A stretch of DNA of 39,469 nucleotides from Thermoplasmata archaeon. GTDB lineage: Archaea; Thermoplasmatota; Thermoplasmata; Lutacidiplasmatales; UBA184. Positions 16,605 through 26,375 of this stretch are shown piece after piece. Within the stretch, counting starts at the first letter, position 1. Every line of letters starts with the position of its first letter. Below the pieces are notes generated by a model, which saw only the letters and a list, made by a program, of their open reading frames with translations, did no database searches and was not told the DNA's origin. The position numbers and the translations under genes were made by a program. Where the stretch lies: assembly GCA_028864975.1 (NCBI GenBank), contig JAGWLG010000033.1:1-39469 (forward strand), written 5' to 3'.

Positions 16605-17798
16605 ATGGAGCTCACGCGCGACGAGGAGGCCATCCTGCGGGGCGAGAAGGGACCCCGCCAGCAGGAATGCATGCGCATCCTTGCGACCCTGGGGGAGATG
16701 TACGGGGCGCGGAAGCTCCTCCCCGTCTACTCGGTCCAGCTCTCCGGGATCTCCTACAAGACCATGGGCTCCGCGGGGACCGAGTTCCTGGAGGAGATGG
16801 CCGAAGGCGGGGCCAAGTTCGCGGTCCGGACCACGATCAACCCCGCGGGGTACGACGTCGGAGGACCGGGTCTCGTCCGGACCCACGAGGACTTCCGGGC
16901 GAAGCAGGACCGTCTAGTGAAGGCCCTGATGACCCTCGGGGCGACCCCCACGTTCACCTGCACCCCCTACACGACCGAGTTCGCGCCGCCTCCGGGGGCG
17001 CACCTCGCCTGGGCCGAGAGCTCGGCGGTGATCTATGCGAACAGCGTCATCGGGGCGTTCTCCAATCGCGAAGGGGCTCCCAGCGCCCTCGCCAGCGCCG
17101 TCCTGGGAAAGACCCCGGACTACGGTCTTCACCGCCCGGAGGGGCGGAGGGCCCAGGTCGTGGTCGACGTGGACCTCTCCAAGGGGCCCATGCGCTACAC
17201 GGTGGTCGGCGCGTACCTGGGGAAGATCCTGGGGCAGCGTATCCCCTACTTCCGCGGGTTCCGTCCGCTACCCGATGTGGACGCGATGAAGGAGCTCGGA
17301 AGCAGCCTCTCCGCATGGGGCGCCGTGCCGATGATGCACGTGGAAGGGGTGACCCCGGAGGCCGGGAAACAGGACCTCGAAGGGCTCGAGCACCTCTCAG
17401 TGGACGCGCAGATCGTCGGGGAGTTCCAGAAGTGCCTGGGGTGCGACGAGAGCCCGAACCTGGTCGCCATCGGTTGTCCGCACTGCACGAAAGGCGAGCT
17501 CATCCAGATCGCCCAGGCGGTGAAGCAGAAGGGGCGGAGGTTGAAGCCGGGGACGGAGCTCTGGGTCTGTTCGAACCGTAAGGTGATCCAGGAGAACGCC
17601 GCGGCGATCCAGGTCCTCCGTCAGGCGGGCGCGAAGGTCATCCAGGACACCTGCATGGTCGTGGCCCCGCTCTCAGAGCAGTTCCCGGTGGCCGCTGTGA
17701 ACTCGGCAAAGGCCTCGTTCTACATGAACAAGAAAGCGTTCTCGGGGCAGAAGATCGTCTTCGACACGACCGAGAACTTGGTCGAGAAGTACCTCTGA
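16605..17798 (+). CDS. Aconitase X catalytic (large) subunit; probable phosphomevalonate dehydratase large subunit
   Basis: 'MELTRDEEAIL.GE.G', TCTPY, WAESSAV, NREGAPSALA, GCPH and DTCMVV motifs; three cluster cysteines present. Confidence 0.88.
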   Translation: MELTRDEEAILRGEKGPRQQECMRILATLGEMYGARKLLPVYSVQLSGISYKTMGSAGTEFLEEMAEGGAKFAVRTTINPAGYDVGGPGLVRTHEDFRAKQDRLVKALMTLGATPTFTCTPYTTEFAPPPGAHLAWAESSAVIYANSVIGAFSNREGAPSALASAVLGKTPDYGLHRPEGRRAQVVVDVDLSKGPMRYTVVGAYLGKILGQRIPYFRGFRPLPDVDAMKELGSSLSAWGAVPMMHVEGVTPEAGKQDLEGLEHLSVDAQIVGEFQKCLGCDESPNLVAIGCPHCTKGELIQIAQAVKQKGRRLKPGTELWVCSNRKVIQENAAAIQVLRQAGAKVIQDTCMVVAPLSEQFPVAAVNSAKASFYMNKKAFSGQKIVFDTTENLVEKYL

Positions 17799-17860
17799 GG
17801 CCCCTTCCGCCGCCCTTCGTGGTTTAGATATACACGAACCCGCCGTTCCGCGCCGGGGCT

Positions 17861-18598
17861 ATGATCAAGGCGGTGGTCTTCGACCGCGGCGGGACCCTCA
17901 TCCGCGAGCGCAGCGGTGAGGAGGTCCTCTACGAGATCCTGAACCCCATGGGTTTCCACCTCACCCCGGTGCTCCTGAACAAGGCGGAGGAAGCCTCACG
18001 AGCTCACTGGCGGGAGAAGTACCAGTCCCTCCCCCGTGGCCAGCGGTGGACCCACGAGATCCGACGCGACTGCCTCGAAGAGGCCCTCAAGACCCTCGCC
18101 CTGCCAGGGGACGAGGAGACCCAGCAGGACCTGCTGCGCCGGTTGGACGAGTACTGGGACGCCTTCCGCATCCTCGGTCTCTACGCCGGCGTCCGTCCCT
18201 GCCTGGGGGCCCTGGCAGCGGAGCGGATCCCGTTGGGGGTGCTCGGGCAGACGCTCCGCAGCTCGATCGAGGTCCGAGCGGAGCTGGAGCGTCTGGGGGT
18301 CGGGCGATACTTCCGGACCGTGGTCTCGGTCGAGGACACGGAGTGGGACAAGCCCGATCCTCGGTTGTTCAAGCTCGTCGCCGAGAAGTTGGGTCTCCCT
18401 TCCGGGGAGGTCCTCTTCGTCGGGGACGACTACGAGCGGGACGCTGGCGGGGCCAGGGCCGCGGGCATGGTCCCGTTGATCGTCGACCGTCACGACGCGG
18501 TCCACGTCAATGACGTGACGGTCGTGAGGTCCCTGGCCCAGATCCCGGGGGTCCTTCCGTCCTTGAGCAAGGGCCCTACGCAAAGCGTCAGTCCCTGA
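17861..18598 (+). CDS. HAD-superfamily hydrolase
   Basis: Motif I variant VVFDRGGTL, KPDPRLF, FVGDDYERD; TTTAGATATA at 17823-17832. Confidence 0.88.
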   Translation: MIKAVVFDRGGTLIRERSGEEVLYEILNPMGFHLTPVLLNKAEEASRAHWREKYQSLPRGQRWTHEIRRDCLEEALKTLALPGDEETQQDLLRRLDEYWDAFRILGLYAGVRPCLGALAAERIPLGVLGQTLRSSIEVRAELERLGVGRYFRTVVSVEDTEWDKPDPRLFKLVAEKLGLPSGEVLFVGDDYERDAGGARAAGMVPLIVDRHDAVHVNDVTVVRSLAQIPGVLPSLSKGPTQSVSP

Positions 18599-18635
18599 AC
18601 AACGTGTTTAAGTCGCCTGTCCCGTCCATCGAAAC

Positions 18636-19580
18636 GTGCGAAGGCTGATCGTCCACGGGGGAGCCGGACGCATCGCCCCCGAGCACGGCGCCGAGGCCCT
18701 GGAGGGGCTCTCCGGGGCCCTCGAGGCGGGATGGGGCGAGATCGACGACGCGACGGAGGCCGCGGTGGCCGCGGTCCGATGGATGGAGGATTCCGGGAAG
18801 TTCAACTGCGGACGCGGGGCGGTCCTCAACCTGCAGGGCCGGGCAGAGCTCGACGCCGCCCTCATGACGGGGCGGCAGCAAGCCGGGGCCGTCTCGAACT
18901 TGACCTACACTCCAAAGGCCATTGCCGTGGCCCGGAAGGTGATGGAAGAGACGCCCCACGTGCTGCTCTGCGGACGGGGGGCGGACCGTTTCGCGAAGGC
19001 CATGGGGTTCCCCCGGGAGACCATCGGCACTTCCGCCCGTCGAAAGCTCTACCGCGAACTACGCAGCGACCTGGTGAACGGGCGGGGGGGGCACGGACGA
19101 TGGTCGGACCGCAAGCCCTCGCGCCATCCGGCCTGGTGGGAGCCGCTGAAGCGGCTGGTCCACGTCCACCCGGAGCTCCTGCACGGCACGGTGGGCGCCG
19201 TGGCCGTCGACGCACGGGGTCGGATCGCGGCCGCGACCTCGACGGGCGGCATCTTCCTGAAGATGGAGGGAAGGGTCTCGGACAGCTCTCTCGTGGGATG
19301 CGGGACCTACGCGGACCGCGACGTGGGCCTCTCCGCGACGGGGATCGGGGAGGTCATCATCCGCTACACGCTGACCCGTTCCATCGCCGAGCTCTATCAC
19401 CTGCGCCACGAAGGGGTCCAGGCCGCCGCCGACCGGGCGCTGGCGACCCTTCCCCGCGACGCCGTGGGGGTCATCGCCCTGGACCGGAAGGGGCGGTTCG
19501 CGGTGGCCAAGAACACGAAGAACTTGGCGTGGGCGACGCGGTCCGACGGGGAGCGCTCGGTCCGGCAGGGCCTCTCCTGA
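18636..19580 (+). CDS. Isoaspartyl peptidase/L-asparaginase (Ntn hydrolase)
   Basis: IVHGGAG, FNCGRG, ELDAALM, HGTVGAVA (Thr nucleophile), ATSTGG, GRVSDS; TTTAAG at 18607-18612. Confidence 0.92.
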   Translation: MRRLIVHGGAGRIAPEHGAEALEGLSGALEAGWGEIDDATEAAVAAVRWMEDSGKFNCGRGAVLNLQGRAELDAALMTGRQQAGAVSNLTYTPKAIAVARKVMEETPHVLLCGRGADRFAKAMGFPRETIGTSARRKLYRELRSDLVNGRGGHGRWSDRKPSRHPAWWEPLKRLVHVHPELLHGTVGAVAVDARGRIAAATSTGGIFLKMEGRVSDSSLVGCGTYADRDVGLSATGIGEVIIRYTLTRSIAELYHLRHEGVQAAADRALATLPRDAVGVIALDRKGRFAVAKNTKNLAWATRSDGERSVRQGLS

Positions 19581-19658
19581 ACTGGTGCGGTAGGGTGGCG
19601 GAGCTAGGGCGGTTGACTCCCACGCAGGTCTATCAACCACGCGGGATGAACGCTCGTC

Positions 19659-22600
19659 GTGCGCGCGCAGGGACCCGCGTGGAGCCCCCGAGCCGCTTCG
19701 GAGCTCCCATTCGTCGGCCGGACCTCCGAGCGGGAGGTCCTCTCAGGGGCGCTGAAGGAGGTCGCGCGAGGGCGGGGGGCCTGCTGGATCGTCGAGGGCC
19801 CGGGAGGGATCGGCAAGACGCGCCTCGCACGGTGGGCCGAGGAGCTCGCGGAGCGCGAAGGGTTCCGGGTGCGTCGGGGTTCCTGTCTCGAGGAATCCCT
19901 CGACCCTTTCTTTCCATGGGCCCAGGTATTCCGCAGGTCGAAGGCCCGAAGGACACCTCTGACCTCGGCGGGAACGAAGGGTCCGTCGGAGGAAGCGTCG
20001 GACCGCCCTCCGACAGTCCGCGTGTGGACCGAGGAAGGCTCGGCCACAGGGCCCCTCCGTTCCGAGCTTGCGGGGTGGTCAGGGACTTCTCCTACGCTCC
20101 TCGTGACCCGAGACCGCCCCTCGACGCTCCGTGAGCGGCTGCCCCAGCTTTCCTCGAGCGCCACGGTGCTCTGGCTCTCCCGAGTGGAGGGGCCGGATTC
20201 CGTGCTCCCGGGGCGGCTTGACGAGCTGGGCGAGCGGTTGGAGAAGCACTTCCGTTCGGAGGAGGGAAGTATCGTGGCCATCGAAGGTCTCGAGTACCTG
20301 TCGAGCCAGAACGGCTTCGGGCCGGTCCTGAGCCTCCTCCAGTTCCTGCGCGACGTGGCCCAGGAGACCGGGGGGCACCTCCTCCTCTCGATGCGCCCGG
20401 CGGCGTTCGAGCCCCGTGAAGCGGCCCTTCTCTCGACCCTCGACGACGGCGCCGGAGGGAACCTTGGCCGAGGTGTCCAGGGGGAGGGGAGCGCCAGTAC
20501 CTCGATCGAGATCCGGGTCGGGGACCCGCCCTCGCTCGTGTGGATGCGGCTCCTGGACGCGCTGGAGAAAGAGGCCGAAGGGAGCCCGGTGATGATTTCC
20601 CTGGACGACCTGCAGTGGGCGGATCCCGCCTCGGTCCGGGCGGTGCAGTTCCTCGTACGCAACCTGCGCGAAAGCCCCGTGCTCCTCCTGGCGACACTGA
20701 GGACCGATCTGCGGGGACCCGTGGAGGGGCGGGAGGTCCCGGTCGTCGAGGAGGTCCTCTCGGCCATGGAGCGCGAGGGGCTGCTCAGGCGCCTCCATCT
20801 TCAGGGGGTCGATGCGCTGGCGACGGAGCAGCTCCTCGAGGCCTTCTTCGAAGAGCCTCTCGCGACGCCGGGGGTCTTGGACGAGCTCCTTCAACGCACG
20901 GCCGGCAATCCGTACTTCGTCCTTTCCAGCGCGCGGATGCTCTTCGAGGAGGGACGGGTCACGCGGGAGGAGGGCCGCTCGGTGGTCCGTTGGGTCCCCG
21001 GGGAGGACCTACGGGTGCCTGAGGACCTTCGCCGAACGGTCGAGCGCCGTCTCGCACGCCTCGGCCCGCAGGAACGTGAGGTGCTGGAGAGGGCCGCGAT
21101 CCTGGGTCAGGAGTTCGACCCCGCTCCCGTCGCCGCCACACGTGGCGGGACGGAGGGGGAGCTCTTCGCCTTGATGGAGCGGCTCGGCCGAGACGGGGGG
21201 TTCCTGCGGAGAGTGCGGGGGGGCGACGGGCGCTGGAGCTTCGACCATCCTCTCACCTGCGCCATCGTCCGGGCGAACTCGCCCCAGGAGACCACCCGGG
21301 AGCGGGCGAAGCAGCTTGCGGGGTGGTGGGCGGCCCACCTACCGGAGGAGGTGGAGCATCTCGCCCGGCTCTACCATGCGGCGTCCTCTCCCCTGGAGGG
21401 GCTGCCGTGGGTTCGCCGCGCGATCGAGCAGGCGGTCCGCGCTCGGGACGCCGAGCGGGTCGAGCTCATGGAGAGGTGGCTCCAGGACCTGCTCCAGGTG
21501 TCAGGGGCGCCGAAGGAGACCTGCACCGAGGAGGGGTGCCGCGTCCTCCGCTCGCTTCTCGATGGGGTGGGGCCGGGTGTTCCCACCGCCGAGCGCATGG
21601 CGGAAGGGCTGGTCCTCGAGGGCGTGCCGGGGAAGGCCCTGAGGAAGGCCGAGATCCTTCGGCTCCGCGTCCTGGCGAGCCGACGACCGGACCGGGCCCT
21701 CGAGGAGCTCGCCCGCATCGGAGCGGAGGTCGCGAAGGACCCCGAGGCGCTCCCCGAGGGGTACCGGGGGGCGTTCGCTGCCGCGCACGTGCGGCTCCTC
21801 ACGGACCACTTGCACCGGGAGGAGGAGGCGATCGGGGTCATCGACGCGACGCTCGCGGTGCTCCCTCCCGGGACGGAGGGGGAGGAGCGGGAGTACCTTC
21901 AGGTGACCAAGGCGTGGTGCCTCGGCGAGATGGGGCGATTCCAGGAGGCCGAGGCGGCGCTCGGCGCGATGGGCCCCCTCCCGTCCCACGGACCGTACAC
22001 CCGGAGCGATGGCCGCCGGATAGGGACCTCGGCGCGCCTCGACACGCTCCTCGACCGCTATCGTGAGGCCTCCGAGCTCTATCGTCGGTCCGCCGAGGCC
22101 TTCCGGGAGACCGGAGACGTCTCGAACCTGAGCACGTCGCTCTACAATGTCGCGAGCGCCCTGTCGATGGCGGGGGAGCTTTCGGGGGCCGAGCGCGCGC
22201 TCGAGGAGCTGGGGGCCCTCGCGAAGAAGTTCGACCTTAGAGTTCGGGGAGCCACCTCGGTGCTCCTCGCGGCCGAGGTGCACGGGCGCCGCACGGGAGA
22301 TTGGGAGGGTGCGGGTCGCCTCGTGGAGGAGGCGAGGGAACAGGCCCAACGCGCGGGATATGCCGCGCTCGCCCCCTACTGCGACGCGCTCGGGGCGTCG
22401 GCCCTGCTCCACTGCGGGAAACCGAAGGAGGCGTTCGAGCTCCTGGAGCGGATCGGGGACGGCCGCGCGACGAACCTGCCTCGCGAGCTCCAGGTCGCTG
22501 TCCACATCGTGCGGGCGCAGGCGAATGAAGCCCTCGGGAACGCGACAGGGTCTCTGGAGGAACTTCGACGCCTTCGAGCCCTGGAGGAAGGGCCCGGCGC

Positions 22601-22769
22601 CTCACGTCTGGGGCGCGCCCGGGTCGCTTCGCTCTGCGCCCAGTGGGAGGAGCGGCATGGCGAGGCGGTAAGGGCCGATGAGGAATGGAAGGTGGCTAGG
22701 ACCCTATTCGAGGAGTGCCAGCTCTCGCAGGAGGCCCGGGCGTTCTACAGTTGGTGGCCCTCGGGTTGA
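19659..22769 (+). CDS. STAND-type ATPase with inserted DUF835-like domain and TPR-like C-terminus (paralog 2)
   Basis: FVGRTSE, Walker A GPGGIGKT, 'IEGLEYLSSQNGFGPVLSLLQFLRD', Walker B ISLDDLQWAD, GNPYF, FDHPL; helical repeats. Confidence 0.85.
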   Translation: MRAQGPAWSPRAASELPFVGRTSEREVLSGALKEVARGRGACWIVEGPGGIGKTRLARWAEELAEREGFRVRRGSCLEESLDPFFPWAQVFRRSKARRTPLTSAGTKGPSEEASDRPPTVRVWTEEGSATGPLRSELAGWSGTSPTLLVTRDRPSTLRERLPQLSSSATVLWLSRVEGPDSVLPGRLDELGERLEKHFRSEEGSIVAIEGLEYLSSQNGFGPVLSLLQFLRDVAQETGGHLLLSMRPAAFEPREAALLSTLDDGAGGNLGRGVQGEGSASTSIEIRVGDPPSLVWMRLLDALEKEAEGSPVMISLDDLQWADPASVRAVQFLVRNLRESPVLLLATLRTDLRGPVEGREVPVVEEVLSAMEREGLLRRLHLQGVDALATEQLLEAFFEEPLATPGVLDELLQRTAGNPYFVLSSARMLFEEGRVTREEGRSVVRWVPGEDLRVPEDLRRTVERRLARLGPQEREVLERAAILGQEFDPAPVAATRGGTEGELFALMERLGRDGGFLRRVRGGDGRWSFDHPLTCAIVRANSPQETTRERAKQLAGWWAAHLPEEVEHLARLYHAASSPLEGLPWVRRAIEQAVRARDAERVELMERWLQDLLQVSGAPKETCTEEGCRVLRSLLDGVGPGVPTAERMAEGLVLEGVPGKALRKAEILRLRVLASRRPDRALEELARIGAEVAKDPEALPEGYRGAFAAAHVRLLTDHLHREEEAIGVIDATLAVLPPGTEGEEREYLQVTKAWCLGEMGRFQEAEAALGAMGPLPSHGPYTRSDGRRIGTSARLDTLLDRYREASELYRRSAEAFRETGDVSNLSTSLYNVASALSMAGELSGAERALEELGALAKKFDLRVRGATSVLLAAEVHGRRTGDWEGAGRLVEEAREQAQRAGYAALAPYCDALGASALLHCGKPKEAFELLERIGDGRATNLPRELQVAVHIVRAQANEALGNATGSLEELRRLRALEEGPGASRLGRARVASLCAQWEERHGEAVRADEEWKVARTLFEECQLSQEARAFYSWWPSG

Positions 22770-22873
22770 CGCCACCTTCTCGTGACGTCCGCTCGATGGG
22801 ATTCGGTCGAAGAGGTGCCTTTCACTGTCGTCCCCCTGTTTTCAAGAACACGGTAGGGTCCTCCGGGGTCTCG

Positions 22874-23293
22874 ATGCAAGCCCGGGCATGGACCTTCGTC
22901 CTCCTGCTCACCTCGGCGTTCCTCATCGCGATCTGGGGCCAGCTCTGGCCTTCCTATCTCTGGATGCCATGGGCCATGTCATTGGCCACGACGCTCGTCG
23001 CGCTGGCTCTGGGGATGGGAGTGGTCTGGCTGTCAGGGTGGCGAGCGCGGGCGACCGCGGGGTGCTGCTTCTGTGCGGTAGGCGCTTTTGTGGGGGGCTT
23101 AGGATTGCTTTGGACTCCAGCGCCCCCGCCGAGCTATTGCGCACCCTGGGACACGGGGTGCCCTCCGCTGCTGAGCAATCCTGCCTGGAGCGTGTTCCTC
23201 CTCCTGTCCGGTGGGGCGTTGCTCGCGGTGGGGATCTCGCGGCCGGTGGTCATCACGTTCGAAAGGGAGGAGCGATCCCGGAGCGTGAGCTAA
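22874..23293 (+). CDS. Hypothetical multi-pass membrane protein
   Basis: About four hydrophobic segments, Trp-rich, with a Pro/Cys loop (CAPWDTGC). Start ATG 22874. Confidence 0.6.
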   Translation: MQARAWTFVLLLTSAFLIAIWGQLWPSYLWMPWAMSLATTLVALALGMGVVWLSGWRARATAGCCFCAVGAFVGGLGLLWTPAPPPSYCAPWDTGCPPLLSNPAWSVFLLLSGGALLAVGISRPVVITFEREERSRSVS

Positions 23294-23434
23294 CGATAGA
23301 GGGGACAGGCGACAGAACGCCTGTCGGCACCTGGGAGGGTCCTCCCTGGGCCATCCTCACCTTCCCGTAAGGGCCGATCGACGGGGGCCAACACGTTCAA
23401 GTAGAGGCATGCGCATAACTACAGCTGCCAAGGT

Positions 23435-24106
23435 GTGGGCGCAGCCTCCCTTGGGCTTCTGGTGCAACAGGTGAGCGGCAGCCAGGTCCATCACGCGGAA
23501 GGAGAGGACGGGAGGGTCACGATCACGATGTGGGCGGCGCGCGGAAGGGAAGAGGAGGCCCCGACGACGGGGGGGGAGGACCCGTCGGTAGTGGCCCCAA
23601 GCGCCCGCGGGGGAGATGTCCCCCGGTCCGCGAAGGGTCACCGGTGGCACCCTTCCTTCCGCGCGCGCCAGGCTCTCGAGGGGAGGGCGGGAACGCCCCT
23701 CGAGAACGCTCGGAAGCTCTTCGTACGGGCGGAGGTCATGGGTGAGATGTTCCGCGACTCGGGCTTGAGCGCCCCCGACCTCTTCGTCGTGGCAAGGGAG
23801 GACCTCCCCGGGGAGGGAGGAGTGGGCTTCTCCTCCATTCTGGTCGTTTGGGTCCCGGGTGACGGTTTTGGCCTCATGACCTGGGAGGATGGCGAGAGCC
23901 ACCTGCTCGAGACCTACCACTCCCCGGAGGAGCTGGCGCGAGGCCGGGCGCCCTACCGATTGCTGATCGCGGCGACCCGCAATCTCCTTGCTGAAGACGC
24001 AGGGGCACGCCTTGTCCGACTCCAGGAGAATTCCCGCCGATTGCAAGAATGGCAACGGGAGGGGGCCGAACGGCTTGAGCCGCTTGCTCCCCAAGCATCC
24101 CCCTGA
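23435..24106 (+). CDS. Hypothetical protein
   Basis: Long ORF filling the intergenic gap with a globular-looking C-terminal half. Start uncertain (23435, 23471 or 23528). Confidence 0.5.
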   Translation: MGAASLGLLVQQVSGSQVHHAEGEDGRVTITMWAARGREEEAPTTGGEDPSVVAPSARGGDVPRSAKGHRWHPSFRARQALEGRAGTPLENARKLFVRAEVMGEMFRDSGLSAPDLFVVAREDLPGEGGVGFSSILVVWVPGDGFGLMTWEDGESHLLETYHSPEELARGRAPYRLLIAATRNLLAEDAGARLVRLQENSRRLQEWQREGAERLEPLAPQASP

Positions 24107-24226
24107 ACCTCAACCCTAGGCTCAGGCCCGGTTAGCCCCTCCCGCCGCCCCGACCTTGAGACCCATGACGCCGGACGAGGACACCCTCAGGGCCCGAGGA
24201 TTCCCGGTCCTTTGCCCAGGGGCATC

Positions 24227-25318
24227 TCAACCCGCGAGAAGGTCGTCGGGGCTCTCCCGCCTTGGGATCTCGGCACGAGCCCCGAGGTAGAGCAGGACCC
24301 CGCCCAGAATGGCGAGTCCTCCTCCGATCAGGACATCCTGGACGCGAGCCAGAGCGAGCTGAGGGCTTCCGGGGTAGAGGATGTTCTGGACGACGAGCAG
24401 GTAGGGGGTGGAGAAGACCATCATGAGCGCCAGGTTCACGTACCGCAAGGCGAACAGGGCGGCGCAGAACACGAAGAGGAGGGGAAGCAGCTCTCCCGGG
24501 TCCCCGACGTTCGCGATGACCGCAAAGCCGATCACGGCGCCACCGATGGTGCCGACGACGCGCTCCAGCACGTCGGTCACCACCGAGACCCCCTTGTCGT
24601 TGAGCGCGGCGACCAGGGTGACCAGGACCCAGAACCCCCGCGTCAGGTCGAAGGAGAGGTCGATCGCGAGACCGACGGCCGCCATGATGGCGATGATCAG
24701 CGCCCGACGGACGACGTAGCCGTCCAGCGACCCTCCCGCGAGCAGGGGGACCTGCTGCGGCTCGGGAACTCCTCCGGAGAAACGGAAACCGCGTCCGGCC
24801 CGCTCGTTCCGGGCGACCCGTTGGGCGAAGAAGGCCACGACCGCCGCGAGGAGTCCCCCGGCGAGCATCAGCTCGCCCCGGAGAAAGGGAGCGGCCCACG
24901 AGACCGGCCCGAGCCCGACCCCCACGACGAAGGAGAACGAGCCGACGAAGCTCACGCGATAGAGCTCGGGGCAGGCGGAGATCAGGGTCAGGAGAAGGAT
25001 CCCCGCCGCGGTCAGTACGATGGAGAGGGCACGGAACGAGGCGGCGAACGAGCCGAACGTGTAGGCCCCGGCGTTGAGGAATGCGGCCAGGAAGAGCTTC
25101 ACCGAGGGGGTCTCCTCCGGCGCGGGGTTCTCGATGAGGGAGAGGAAGTACGCTCCGAGCGTCGCCACGGCTCCCAAGAGGAGATCATGGGCGAGCCACC
25201 CGATGACGAGGGGGGCGACCAGGACGGGCGCCACCCTCAACCCCGTGCGGGGGGCGAAGGCTTGGACCCTGAGACGGGAGAGGGTCTGGAGAGGTCCCGG
25301 GGGGATCGGTTCCTCCAC
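24227..25318 (-). CDS. FUSC-family (aromatic acid exporter-like) membrane protein
   Basis: 'RGFWVLVTLVAAL...VLERVVGTIGGAVIG...ARVQDVLIGG' is typical of FUSC_2. Confidence 0.8.
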   Translation of the reverse strand: MEEPIPPGPLQTLSRLRVQAFAPRTGLRVAPVLVAPLVIGWLAHDLLLGAVATLGAYFLSLIENPAPEETPSVKLFLAAFLNAGAYTFGSFAASFRALSIVLTAAGILLLTLISACPELYRVSFVGSFSFVVGVGLGPVSWAAPFLRGELMLAGGLLAAVVAFFAQRVARNERAGRGFRFSGGVPEPQQVPLLAGGSLDGYVVRRALIIAIMAAVGLAIDLSFDLTRGFWVLVTLVAALNDKGVSVVTDVLERVVGTIGGAVIGFAVIANVGDPGELLPLLFVFCAALFALRYVNLALMMVFSTPYLLVVQNILYPGSPQLALARVQDVLIGGGLAILGGVLLYLGARAEIPRRESPDDLLAG

Positions 25319-25403
25319 GCTCCGGGGATTCCTTCCGCGCTAAAACTGCCGCGCGTCGGGCGGGGGTCGCCCAGCGACCTTCGAGCCGGTCCTGCCCGGC
25401 GCT

Positions 25404-26375
25404 TCAGCCCCAGAAGGTGAGCGCCCGTGGGAGGATCTCGTACCTCACGGGCAGTCGACCGACAATGTCGCCGTCGGCCTCGACCAGATGCTCCTCGGGT
25501 CGACCGTCCTTGGCCTCGACCTCGAGGGTGGTCCCCTTCCACACGATGACGTCCTTCAGGGTCAGATGCCGCCCGGTGCGGAACTTCGACAGGTTCGATA
25601 GGAGGCGCCCGCGTGAGGTCGGGCCCACGGCGATCATGTCGAAGATCCCGTCCGCGGGGTCAGAGTTGGGGGAGCTCAGCATCCCCCCGCCGGAATAGCG
25701 CCCGATCGCCACCACGAGGTTGGAGAGACCGAAGCTTCCCTGGGGCGCACCCACCCCCTTGAGCTCGATCAGCAGTGGACGGTGGTGAACGAGCTCGGGG
25801 AAGACGGCGCGGGTGTACGCCCCCTCGCTGCGGGCCCCCTTCTTCTCGTTCACGCGGCGCACGACCTTGGCGCCGAACCCCACGTAGGACTGGTTGACGA
25901 AGTGCCGCACCCTGGGAGGGGTCTCCCCTGGGAAGGTGAGGCGGCCGACGTCCAGGCGACGAGGCGGGCCGCTCGCGATGCGCGGGACCTCCTGCGCGGG
26001 GTCGCGCGGGAGCTCAAGTCCCCGGGCGAAGTCGCTACCGGTGCCGACGGGCAGGACCGCGACCGGAGGCGTGGAGCGGTTCGTCGGCGGAGGCTCGGAG
26101 AGGACCCCGTCCACGACCCCGGAGAGGGTACCGTCCCCTCCCGCGGCGATGATCAGGTCGGCGCCCTCCCGCACCGAGCGTCGGCCGAGCTCGGCCTCCT
26201 CCTGGGGACGCGTGGTCCGCAGCACCGTCAGGACCGGGAAGCGGGTCTTGAGCGGGAGCTCGAGCTCCTTCCACCTCTCCTCTCCCTTCCCTCCCCCGGC
26301 CCGGGGATTGAGGACCACGTAGACCCGCTGGGGGGGCGGAGGGGTCTCGGTGCCGGGGGTGCTGCTGCTGCTCAC
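25404..26375 (-). CDS. Diacylglycerol kinase-family (YegS/Rv2252/BmrU) lipid kinase
   Basis: NPRAGGG, AAGGDGT, LPVGTGSDFAR, ADGD; GTG start overlaps the GlpD stop. Confidence 0.9.
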   Translation of the reverse strand: MSSSSTPGTETPPPPQRVYVVLNPRAGGGKGEERWKELELPLKTRFPVLTVLRTTRPQEEAELGRRSVREGADLIIAAGGDGTLSGVVDGVLSEPPPTNRSTPPVAVLPVGTGSDFARGLELPRDPAQEVPRIASGPPRRLDVGRLTFPGETPPRVRHFVNQSYVGFGAKVVRRVNEKKGARSEGAYTRAVFPELVHHRPLLIELKGVGAPQGSFGLSNLVVAIGRYSGGGMLSSPNSDPADGIFDMIAVGPTSRGRLLSNLSKFRTGRHLTLKDVIVWKGTTLEVEAKDGRPEEHLVEADGDIVGRLPVRYEILPRALTFWG

